DNA of 63,808 nt, filler included, from Stramenopiles sp. TOSAG23-2 (taxonomy: Eukaryota): assembly GCA_900128395.1 (NCBI GenBank). It is 2 parts of 2 records of this genome, joined end to end, with 100 filler letters (N's around TTAATTAATTAA, not from the genome) between each part and the next. Parts side by side here need not be neighbours in the genome. Positions count along the whole stretch, not along the records: positions 1 to 31,857 come from LT649365.1; 1 more part is not named here. One strand, 5' to 3'. Positions 12,001 to 21,900 of the stretch are shown here, in pieces. The translations under genes and the position numbers were made by a program. A model generated the notes under the pieces. That model was given only the letters and a program-made list of their open reading frames with translations, was not told where the DNA came from and made no database searches. How positions within the stretch are numbered: the stretch's first letter is position 1; every line of letters begins with the position of its first letter.

Positions 12001-13576
12001 GTGTGTTAATTGCGGTTCATGTTTCAGCTCATGCAATGATTCTGGTTATCAATCTATTACATTTGACAGCGATACACATTTACCATACATTGTAGAAGAG
12101 GATTGTACAGGCTGCACTTTATGTTTAAGTGTGTGCCCAATTAATGATTGTATTACAATGGTGCCAAGGGATGGTCCATACATTCCAGATCGCGCAGTAC
12201 CATTAGGTGAAGCATTCGATGATAAGAAATGGGGTATGTTTTCAAAACTAGTAACTACGGCAGCACGTCGTCAATTGAGAAATGTTGCAACTAAACATAA
12301 AAAATCCATTTTAAACGTTAGGAATAATAACCATAACAAAATAATAATAGCAAATTTTGGTGTTGAAGTAGAAGATGACACGTTTGGGAACAGAGGATGG
12401 ACAAAAGGTGAGTTTCACAGTGTTGAAAACACATTGAAGGAGAAATTAAGCGAGGAAGATCATGCAAATGTAACTCGTGTATTATATGGTTTAAACCAAG
12501 GGAAAACAGTTGAAGAACTACCAATACCACAAGCTGCGCAAGACTTGGCTGACAAAGGTGAATTTGATATTACTTTGCATAAATTTGGTGCTGCTGCGGA
12601 GTCACGAGACCCAAGAATCGTTAGGTTTGGCGTGACACAAAATTCCATTATTACGGAAACACATTTATCAATTGACGAGCAATACGAATCCCTTGAGGAG
12701 AGACACAGGGAATTTGTCGAAGCAGCTGCTGCAGCTGGTACCAATGTTTTATGCTTTCAAGAAGCTTGGACTATGCCTTTTGCGTTTTGCACTCGGGAAA
12801 AACTGCCTTGGGTTAATTTTGCCGAATCTGCTGAAACTGGTCGTAGTACTAAATTTTTACAACGTTTGGCATTGAAGCATAACATGGTCATCGTTAGCCC
12901 TATTTTGGAACGTGATGAAGCACATGGTGGCACTATATGGAATACGGCTGTTGTTATCGGCAACAATGGTAATATCATTGGGAAACATCGTAAAAATCAT
13001 ATACCTAGAGTCGGGGATTTCAATGAAAGTACATATTACATGGAAGGTAATAATGGCCATCCAGTGTTTGAAACTCAATTCGGAAAAATTGCTATCAATA
13101 TCTGCTATGGTAGACATCACCCATTGAACTGGATGGGATTTGGTTTGAATGGGGCTGAAATTGTTTTTAACCCAAGTGCTACAGTTGGTGCATTATCAGA
13201 ACCAATGTGGAGTATTGAAGCACGATGTGCTGCGATTGCTAATAATTACTTCGTAGCAGGTAATAATCGAGTAGGAACAGAAAGTTTTCCAAACGAATTT
13301 ACAAGTGGTAATAAGCAACCAGCAAAGAAAGACTTTGGGCATTTCTACGGCTCATCATATATTGCTGGTCCAGATTCAAGTAGATGTCAAGGATTATCAC
13401 GCACAAGAGATGGTATTGTAATTGCAGAAGCTGATTTGAACTTATGCCAACAAGTAAAAGATTCGTGGGTCTTCCAAATGACTGCAAGATACGACGATTA
13501 TGCAAAATTATTAACAGATTATTGTAAACCAGATTTTACCCCACAAGTAGTAAAAGATCCATCATTATCGGACTAG
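9017..13576 (+). CDS. DPYD-UPB1: Fusion: dihydropyrimidine dehydrogenase (9017-12235) + internal presequence-like linker (12236-~12360) + beta-ureidopropionase (~12360-13576)
   Basis: DPD motifs: [46 protein letters not shown], the [21 protein letters not shown] catalytic loop and two C-terminal 4Fe-4S motifs ([23 protein letters not shown]). UPB1 nitrilase-fold Glu-Lys-Cys triad motifs: [30 protein letters not shown]. There is no stop codon between the two. Confidence 0.93.
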   Translation: MMLSTFAKRTAKNSTSSTNNSFIKNRLYFTKTKPTLFAHHAERGTSFEADDIVKRLELNPTVEKMNKVRAVPTTSTRKARKHWKRINNELKPPMLKDFTDAKHTTLSEQAAIKEAARCLRCVDAPCQHSCPTSIDIKAFISAISNKNYYGAAKQIMSDNPLGLSCGMVCPTSDLCVGGCNAEATEGGAINIGGLQHFATEAFMKMNVEQIHDPNLTSLPASKDMKIAMVGCGPASISAATYLARMGYSNITVYEKEKEFVGGLSSSEIPGYRLPYSGVHWEVQLLKDLGVKVEMGKALGEDFTIQSLKDDGAASVLVACGLPQPMREDVFDGLEPKHGFWTSKDFLPKVAAGSKSGMCASKCKLPKLNGNVIVLGAGDTAFDCATSALRCGAKRVYVAFRKGIHGMRAVPEEVELAMEEKCDLMPFLQVNSVVTNKDNGKIKLVEFCRSEQQDDGSWHVDKEQTCAIKADHVISAFGSVLEDEKIHDALTGLEINSWGLPETDPTTQQSSDPSVFCAGDVAGVAQTTVESANDGKVAALGMHKYLEGLAGNSVPEDFSMPGFFSPIDEVDLSVEVCGLKFPNPFGLASAPPTGTSAIMRRAFENGWGFLVTKTYGLDKDIVTNVSPRIVRGTTGGDWNFGPNQASFLNIELISEKTEEYWLQSIRELKRDYPDQILIASVMAAYNEEDWCELIRNAVEAGADAIEMNLSCPHGMGEKGMGLACGQDPEMVEQICRWAKKVAPNTPVFAKLTPNVTEITYIAEAAQRGGADGVTATNTVSGLMGLEEDGKAWPNVGEEGKTTYGGFSGNGIRPIALRAVSAIAKACPGFPILATGGIDSAHSAMQFLQAGAHAVQVCSAVQNQDSTVIKDYITGMQAMLYMEARNDPKYKGQSPTLQPRHQKGKAVQGAEEVDDFKPFFGKYYEEKIFAAADKRSQQEYILDDQEIEEIKSIRPVPPLKQKVRTVNELISAGVHRIGAWHELSQAEQVIAKIDPSMCVNCGSCFSSCNDSGYQSITFDSDTHLPYIVEEDCTGCTLCLSVCPINDCITMVPRDGPYIPDRAVPLGEAFDDKKWGMFSKLVTTAARRQLRNVATKHKKSILNVRNNNHNKIIIANFGVEVEDDTFGNRGWTKGEFHSVENTLKEKLSEEDHANVTRVLYGLNQGKTVEELPIPQAAQDLADKGEFDITLHKFGAAAESRDPRIVRFGVTQNSIITETHLSIDEQYESLEERHREFVEAAAAAGTNVLCFQEAWTMPFAFCTREKLPWVNFAESAETGRSTKFLQRLALKHNMVIVSPILERDEAHGGTIWNTAVVIGNNGNIIGKHRKNHIPRVGDFNESTYYMEGNNGHPVFETQFGKIAINICYGRHHPLNWMGFGLNGAEIVFNPSATVGALSEPMWSIEARCAAIANNYFVAGNNRVGTESFPNEFTSGNKQPAKKDFGHFYGSSYIAGPDSSRCQGLSRTRDGIVIAEADLNLCQQVKDSWVFQMTARYDDYAKLLTDYCKPDFTPQVVKDPSLSD

Positions 13577-13802
13577 ATATATATATATACACACATGTAA
13601 TGTATAATATGTATACGTACATTTTAATAATAATATAATATATGTGATAACACATACAATCATTAAACCAGATTTTACCCCACAAGTAGTAAAAGATCCA
13701 TCATTATCGGACTAGATATATATATATACACACATGTAATGTATAATATGTATACGTACATTTTAATAATAATATAATATATGTGATAACACATACAATC
13801 AT
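13525..13802. repeat. 139-nt tandem duplication covering the fusion stop codon and 3' flank
   Basis: taaaccagattttacccc...ggactag...cacatacaatcat occurs at 13525 and 13664. Confidence 0.9.
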
Positions 13803-13818
13803 ATTCTTTTTGAAGGCC

Positions 13819-14110
13819 TGAAGGAAAAAAGTGAAATTTATTTTTTTGTTTTCAAGATTTTATTACTCGTACAAAATAACATAGATATGCATTTTATTAT
13901 AATATCATGTATGCATATTTAAAATAAAAATCGATTGGTTAAAATCTAAAGTTATAATAATTTTTGAAGGAAAAAAGTGAAATTTATTTTTTTGTTTTCA
14001 AGATTTTATTACTCGTACAAAATAACATAGATATGCATTTTATTATAATATCATGTATGCATATTTAAAATAAAAATCGATTGGTTAAAATCTAAAGTTA
14101 TAATAATTTT
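13819..14110. repeat. About 145-nt tandem duplication
   Basis: tgaaggaaaaaagtgaaattt...taaagttataataatttt occurs twice. Confidence 0.9.
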
Positions 14111-14494
14111 GATATATATATTTAAAATATATAAATGTGATATATTTAAACATCAAAAATTAATAAGATATAGTAGTATAATTAATATGCATATAACTTA
14201 TATTTTTTAATTTACTCACATATATATATATATGCATATATTTTGTACGAACGTATTTTAAATTTGAATTAAAGTGTTATTCATTAATATACGTGTATTT
14301 TAATTTTTTATTTTCTACTCGTGATATTAATATCTATCTTGGTATATACATTTAATTAAATAAATAAAATATAATACGATTCGTATTTTTTTTTTAACAT
14401 ATTTTTTTAGTATTTTTTTGTGAAATATTTTTGCACACCATACACATACACGCACACACATTTTGTTGATCTCTCTCACATACATATAGATCTC

Positions 14495-15652
14495 CTATGC
14501 TTTACTTCTTTGATCATACTTATTAATTATATCTTCAACTTCATTTTTAAAATTATCATAAAATCTTTTACCTTCCATTGGTCTTGAATGAAACGTAAAT
14601 GGAAGGCAAGATTCTGCACCAGCACATAAAATTTTGGACAAATCATCAATAGATAATTGGACATCTTGAAGCAAATGTAACACTTCAATTGTCGGACTTG
14701 GCTCCCTTTCACTATCCCCAGATAGTAGAAAATTATCACTATTTAAACTACATTTAATACCATTTTCATGCATAATTTTGATTGGATGCTCATTATATGT
14801 TTTTACTTTCCATCCTACATTACTTGTTAAACAGCACTCAACAAAAATATTATTATCAATAACTTTTTTCATTAAATCATCTCTTTTATATAATTGTATT
14901 CCATGACCAATTCTTTTAATACAATCTGAATTTACTGCAATATCTAAATTATCAATAGAACTTTTAAATCTTTCTTCAATCGGCCACTCTCCAGCATGCA
15001 CTGTCACCGGGACATTTAATCTTTTCGCTTCTTTAATTCCATCCATCATCAATGACAACGGGTAACTGCCTTCATCTCCAGCAATATCGTATCCTACAAC
15101 ACCAGGGGTACGATCTAAAAATTCACTAGCTAATTGGGCCATTTCGACTGAATGTTCCGTTGGATAGCTGCGCAAAGCACAAACTATAACGCCTCCCTCA
15201 ATATTTACCTTTTCTTGAGCTTTAGCATACCCATCAATGACACTTTTTATGGCATCTTTCTCTGTCAGACCTTCCAACGTATGTAAGCTTGGGCAAAATC
15301 GTATTTCACACACCTTCACGTTCTCCCTGGAACACCTATATAATATATCTGCAGTTGCATCAATTAATTCTTCTTTCGTTTGGAGAAATCTATTGCAAAA
15401 ATCAAATATGCTCCAATTGCCTTTTGCACTTTGCTTATTACCACCAGCAATTTGCTTAATTTTTCGTTGTTGCAAATGTGGCCTGAGTTCCTCAGGTTTA
15501 GTGACATCCAATTTTATATTGCGTGCTTCAGCACGTTTGAAAATAAATTCACTTGATAATGAACCATCTAAATGTAGATGCAGTTCTGTTTTTGGAAGCA
15601 ATCTGGCTAATTCTTTGATAGTTGTTGTTGTATTCTTTGTTGTCCCTGCCAT
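14495..15652 (-). CDS. ADA: Adenosine deaminase family enzyme
   Basis: LPKTELHLHLDG, EIRFCP, DIAGDE, TVHAGE, RIGHG, ECCLTSN and LNSDN motifs. Confidence 0.9.
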   Translation of the reverse strand: MAGTTKNTTTTIKELARLLPKTELHLHLDGSLSSEFIFKRAEARNIKLDVTKPEELRPHLQQRKIKQIAGGNKQSAKGNWSIFDFCNRFLQTKEELIDATADILYRCSRENVKVCEIRFCPSLHTLEGLTEKDAIKSVIDGYAKAQEKVNIEGGVIVCALRSYPTEHSVEMAQLASEFLDRTPGVVGYDIAGDEGSYPLSLMMDGIKEAKRLNVPVTVHAGEWPIEERFKSSIDNLDIAVNSDCIKRIGHGIQLYKRDDLMKKVIDNNIFVECCLTSNVGWKVKTYNEHPIKIMHENGIKCSLNSDNFLLSGDSEREPSPTIEVLHLLQDVQLSIDDLSKILCAGAESCLPFTFHSRPMEGKRFYDNFKNEVEDIINKYDQRSKA

Positions 15653-15949
15653 AATTTCGTGTTTATTCTATTTGTAGATGATTACTAGTATCTAAAAAAT
15701 TCTCTTTTGACTTGTTATTTACGATGTATCTTTTGCTTATAATGAATAACTATTTATTTTCCAGGGATTTCCAGATTTCATATATTCTCTTTTGACTTGT
15801 TATTTACGATGTATCTTTTGCTTATAATGAATAACTATTTATTTTCCAGGGATTTCCAGATTTCATATGGCCAGGCAGATGGGGAGAAGAATAATTGCAC
15901 AACAACAACAATAATAGAGGAGTGAAAATGATGGCCAGCCTGGCCAGAT

Positions 15950-16045
15950 GGAGAATGGAATGCCAGGAATGCCAGGAATGCCAAATGCTGGAATGCCAGA
16001 ATGCTGGAATGCCAGGAATGCCAGAAAATGCCAGAATGCCAGGCG
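15950..16045. repeat. GC-rich minisatellite of (AATGCCAGG / AATGCTGG)-like units in a divergent intergenic region
   Basis: About 10 degenerate 8-10 nt units: ggaatgccaggaatgccaggaatgccaaatgctggaatgccagaatgctgg... Confidence 0.85.
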
Positions 16046-16540
16046 CAATTCACTCTGGCAATCAGGATGTCTAGAAAAAAATATATTCCTATTATTCGAA
16101 TTATAGACACTAGACACTACCACTTCCTACGCTCAGAATTCCTGATTATATTGTATGTGCGTATCATTAGATCATTATAGCTTAGAACAATCATCCGATG
16201 TTTTTGCTTGCAGATAGAGAGTAGCTATTCTAATTCTGGATATTATAAATTATAAGTGCAACTATTATATAATATCTTTGTTACTATTTATAATGCTATA
16301 GAAATGATATTTGCATGCATTTTTCTATTTCTACTATATGTAAATGTAAATTTTAAATATACTGTATATTCTATATGAGATATACATATATATCCACATA
16401 TATAGATATTATATAATGTATATGTAAATATATACGAAATAAATAATAAATTGATCATTACAAATTTTTGTTGATATTTGTTATTTTGTTTGTATTTGTT
16501 GTTGTGAATTTTAAGCACTTTTTTTTTGTCATCCAATAAA

Positions 16541-18045
16541 ATGATATTTTTAGCAACTGCTTTACAAGAAAATTGGAATAATTTTCCTTGGCATGGAGTT
16601 AATTTTGAAGTTTATAAAGATATGCCAACTCTTGTATATGCCGAGGTTGCCCATACTTTAATCTGTTTCTTATGTTTGTTGCACGCCTTCAGTCATTTCA
16701 GCCGAGAACAGCAAAAAAGACATATATTATTATGGATTTCTGCTATGACTGTAGGCCCATTTCTTTATTTACTTTCTATCTCCGTGTCTGAGTTAAATAA
16801 TTGTTGGTATAGCCAAGCTACGTTTATGATTACACCACGTCTACCACTGGTCACCATACTTGTGTATTGCGAAGCGCTTTACATAACTGTTGGAATAACT
16901 TGGTTCAGCGGAATAGATAGACTTGCGAGACCGTTTATAGTTGGTCTTATTTCCGCATTATTCCAATCCTGTCATGATCAGGTCGGAACTAAAATGTTAT
17001 GGTGGTCGTGGCATGATTCAGATAATAATACAAACCCAAGAATTATGGATGTACCAGTTACAGCAACATTTGGTTGGTGTATTTATGCAAATTGTTTCTG
17101 TCTCCTTATGCATTTGCCAGGTATGGTCGTGGCATGATTCAGATAATAATACAAACCCAAGAATTATGGATGTACCAGTTACAGCAACATTTGGTTGGTG
17201 TATTTATGCAAATTGTTTCTGTCTCCTTATGCATTTGCCAGGTATGGCGATTGGATATTATTATGGTCAAGAACCTAGGGACATATTTATGATTAACAAG
17301 CATTACTATGTTTTAACATATTTACTATTGTGTATTTGTATCATCCCTTTGTCAATTACAGTAATGGCAATTATACAATGTAGTCTTGGTTTCACTTTTC
17401 CACCAAATATAGAGCCACCAAGTATATGGACACTTGTCGTAACAATAATATTTACTATTGTGTATTTGTATCATCCCTTTGTCAATTACAGTAATGGCAA
17501 TTATACAATGTAGTCTTGGTTTCACTTTTCCACCAAATATAGAGCCACCAAGTATATGGACACTTGTCGTAACAATATTATCGCATATTGTAATAGCAGT
17601 ATTTTGTGGTATGTATGAGAAAACGTCTAGTTTAAGAAAAAAAACTTTAACTGGTAACAATCCAAAATTATTAGTAATAAGCATATGCCTTTATTATATT
17701 TTTAATGCATTTGTTGTTATATTTGGTAAACCTGAGGAGCATATTTCCCTTGGTTTGCATCAACAATATGGACATTGCGATACATTAGAAACGGATTTTA
17801 GCGGATTTTTAACAAGGAAAAAGTATGTATGTAAAGAGGAACGTATGAATCCAGATAGTTATGAATTCATTGAGAACGAAATGCCAAATATTGGTGATCA
17901 ATGGTATAAAATTAAAGGGATTGCAAAAAATGATGAATGGCTCCTTGGTATAACGATTACCTTGTTCACGTCAAGTAGCTTCATAGGTTTGTTAGTACTG
18001 TCTGCATTTCATGAAAGAAATTTACTTTTTGAGCATGAAAATTAA
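16541..18045 (+). CDS. Uncharacterised multi-pass membrane protein; the three track ORFs are one gene broken by two duplications
   Basis: Hydrophobic helices and motifs WYSQATFMITPRLP, KMLWWSWHD, MDVP and SLGLHQQYGHC. Exact duplications of 121 nt (17003/17124) and 130 nt (17321/17451) each shift the frame by +1, matching the ORF frames. ATG at 16541. Confidence 0.8.
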
Positions 18046-18080
18046 ACAGAAACAAGAAAACATTGAGGTTGCTGAGAGTG

Positions 18081-18790
18081 GGGATGAAATTTTAATATTT
18101 TTACGAGCGTAAATGTGATATATTATCATGTATATAATATATATATAAAAAATTCTCTTATTTATTAATTTAAAGATTTTTATATATTAAATCTAGTAGG
18201 ATGAAATTTTAATATTTTTACGAGCGTAAATGTGATATATTATCATGTATATAATATATATATAAAAAATTCTCTTATTTATTAATTTAAAGATTTTTAT
18301 ATATTAAATCTAGTAGGAATTATCATGAGTAAATTAAAAAATAAATTAATGCATTAATTAATTAATTTAAATCTGAGAATAAAAAATACTTCGTATTTTA
18401 ATATAATGTGCTAATGTACGCGCACACACGTTTTTCTGAGAGAGGACTTCCAAGGGACAAATAAAAAGATGAAATTTTAATATTTTTACGAGCGTAAATG
18501 TGATATATTATCATGTATATAAAAATTCTCTTATTTTGATAATATATTATATATATTAAATTTTAAGTAAGAGAATTTTTTATATATATATAAAAAATTC
18601 TCTTATTTATTAATTTAAAGATTTTTATATATTAAATCTAGTAGGAATTATCATGAGTAAATTAAAAAATAAATTTATGCATTAATTAATTAATTTAAAT
18701 CTGAGAATAAAAAATACTTCGTATTTTTATAATCTAATGTACGCGCACACACGTTTTTCTGAGAGAGGACTTCCAAGGGACAAATAAAAT
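18081..18790. repeat. Complex AT-rich repeat block with a 38-bp perfect palindrome at 18568-18605
   Basis: ggatgaaattttaatatttttacgagcg occurs three times. gtaggaattatcatgagtaaatt...ccaagggacaaataaaa occurs twice. The palindrome is taagagaattttttatatatatataaaaaattctctta. Confidence 0.85.
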
Positions 18791-18962
18791 TTTATTATAC
18801 TAATATGTACAAATTACACAGATTTTGCTATCAAACCTCAGTAATGCCTAGATTCTACGAAAAAATCAATATAAAAAATGTAAAATGTGATGTAAAGAAA
18901 TATATTTTGCATCTCTCTCTCTCTTTCATCAAAATATGACACCTATATCAAAAAATACATTT

Positions 18963-21900
18963 TTAAACATTCTCAAATAAATATACAGGCGCTTTTTTTG
19001 TACTAGTACTACTAAATTCCATATCATACGTATCGTCATCCATATTTTCATCGTCATTTTTCTTGGTAAAACTTGCATTTTCAGGAGGATGCCAATGAGT
19101 CTCCCCTACCCCAGGACTAATCCATGGAACCGACTCAGAATTTCCTTGGGGATCGCGCTGGATATTGGTAATTTTATTCGCCCTGCGCGCTGGACTTAAA
19201 CTGCGATTACGACTTGAAACAGTTGAACGTCCATATGTATTTTCTGGACTTAAAGAAGTATTATGCGCGTGAATTGAAGGCGTTCCGAATGGAGATGATA
19301 ATCTTTTTGTATCTTTTATCGTCCCTCTTGCTGAAATATTTCTTTCGAAGTTTGGTATATTAATCTCCACGCTGCCAGTTCTATGCAATCGTATGACACC
19401 ACCGCTACTACTCCTAATTGCAGATACAGTCTTTACACCTTTCTTTTTTTTTGATTTCATTCCTTTCGATTTTTTACTTCTACCACCTCTCCTTGTCATA
19501 GTAGGACTTTTCGTTCTTCCTCTTGCGGAGCGTCGAATTGCTTGTGCCCTTTCTTTGATATCGGAAAGTAACATTTCTGTTTTTTGATGGTCTCGCTGGG
19601 CCTTGTTTACTAAAGCAGTTATTCTTTTTACGGCTATATCTGATTTTTTTTGCTTTTTCAACAATCGATCAGCCAGTTGCTCATGCCTTGATAATATTAA
19701 GCCTTCTCTCCATATTCTAAATGCGCGGTATTTTTTTCGTTGTACTAAATATCTATGCATGACCCGGAAAAGAAAAATGGTTGCCTCTTTCCTTCTTTTT
19801 GAATCAGAAGTTTTCATTTCCTCTATTTGTTTACTCTGCACCATAACCATCCGCTGTTGCAAAGTCTTTATTTCTCGTGTCATCGCTTCCGACCATACGG
19901 CTTCCTCCTCATGTTCAGACTTTAAAGCAACGACTGTACTTTCCATTTTTTCCAAATAACCTTTATTTTCTTGCTCTTTTTGCTCCCATTGCTCTTTGTT
20001 TTTACGTAAAATATTTCTAGACCATCTCCAACCGTATACAGCCTTTAATTTCTGTGCCCGTAATTCCACTAATTTATTTCCTGTTCGTTGAACATGTGCT
20101 TTCAGTATCTCTTTATAATTTTCCTCAACCGTTATGCGTGCCCATTTATGGAAATACGATCGACGAGCTGATTTTAAATCTCGAACAAAAAGCCTTTCCA
20201 AAGTTTTAATGGCAGTTTGATGAGAAGACGCTGTTTGCCACATTTCTTTCCATTTATGATAACCATTGTATAATTTTATTTTCATCAGCTTCAATGTTAT
20301 ATGTGAAAATCTTATCTTAATTTTTTCTTCTTCAAGTTCATCATGCACTTTTTCCTCCATCTCCAATTGTTTATATCTCCGACAAATACGCTTAAATTTG
20401 TACCAATAAAAGTGCAATTTTTCCTTTGCAATATGACCAATTACACGCTTTATTAAACTTCCTCTGTAATTTAGACTGTTTATCTCTTTCACTAGTCCTT
20501 TCCACTTTCGCATCGCAGCAGCGATGGCCTTTTTACCAAGCTTCATTGCAATTCGCCGTAAGAAAATTTCTTCATCTTGTGCTCTAATTCTTAAAAATTT
20601 CCAATGTTCAAAATATGACTTTTCGATTTTTTTATTAAGAAGTTTAAAAACTCGATCAAATTGCCTTGCAGCTATAATCTTGGCTTTTTGACTATGAATT
20701 TTTTGCAACGCGGCTGCTTCAGCAAACCTTGAATCAATTTTCATTGTAAAGTTTTTCTCTAAAATTAGATGGTGAATCAAGTGTGTATGAGTTGTCCAAG
20801 CTCTAAAAGCTTGAGAAACTTTATTTCTTTTCCAAACCATTGAAAGGTGGTGCATTTTGATAGCTAACTCTCTACCTGCTTGCGCCCACCTGTAAGTCGG
20901 ATGAGTTAGTGAAACAGTGACCCATCTGACAAACGCTTTTGCTACTAGCATCTTCGATTTTCGACGGAGTGGCAATAACATTTTAGATATAACTAACGCA
21001 TGAAATTTACGTTTTTCACACATAATATGCCATTTTTTCACAGCCTGAAACAACTGCTTCTTCCTCCATCCTTCTAAGATCGAAAAAATACTTTTAATTG
21101 AGTACAATTGCCCTTCCCGATTTTTGATCACAGTTGCATTGTAATCTACCCATTTTTTCCAGCCTCGTGCAAGCCGACTTTGATCATAACGCTGAAAACA
21201 CGTTTTAATTAGATTAAATGACCGTTTTAAACCAAATTGATTCTTGAATTCATTTTGTTTGTCGAAATGAACGAATCGCCTAAATCGCATAAAAGCAGCA
21301 AATTTTCTACGTCGTTTTAGGCTAAGAATCACCTTGTCTAAAACCCTTGTACCGACTACGTAATTACCACTTTTCTTTTTCAAGTGGTTTGTAAATAATT
21401 TCCATCTGTTCATTCCTTTCATCAAACGGGATCGTATGTTGACATTTATACATCTTATTACAGTTTGTCCAATCTGTCGTTTTTTTGTTTGTCGAAAGCG
21501 ATTTGTGTAGTCACTTTCAAGTGTACTTCTTTCTTTTAACATTTTTTCTTCCATCATTTTATGTTCGTCAGCTAATGTTTCGACTTTTTTAGAATGTGCC
21601 ACTTCTAATCTTTTACGTAATTCTTCACTTTGTATAGCTTTGGTAGCAAACCACCATCGTAAGTATCCTCTTAACATCATTTTCTTTCGATAAGAACGAA
21701 TTATTGCTGTTAGCAGTAAATGTGCTTTTAGTAGATTCGCCTTTGCCATAGCTGCTTCAAATTGTTGTTGCAAAGTTCCATTTTCTATGTTGAACTGTTC
21801 TTGTGCTTTCTTTTTTTCCATCTCAACTAATGATTTTTCTGACTTCAGCATTTTCTTTTCCTCTTCCATCTTTTGCTTTTCCTCCTCAGCCCTTTTTCGC

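Noticed and set aside
15835-16123. ORFs with WH/LAF/GIP repeats; a CRISPR-like appearance
   Set aside because: These are translations of an 8-10 nt minisatellite. There are no unique spacers and the context is eukaryotic.
16526-18045. Three overlapping ORFs suggesting paralogues or recoding
   Set aside because: Two exact duplications (121 and 130 nt) account for both frame changes.
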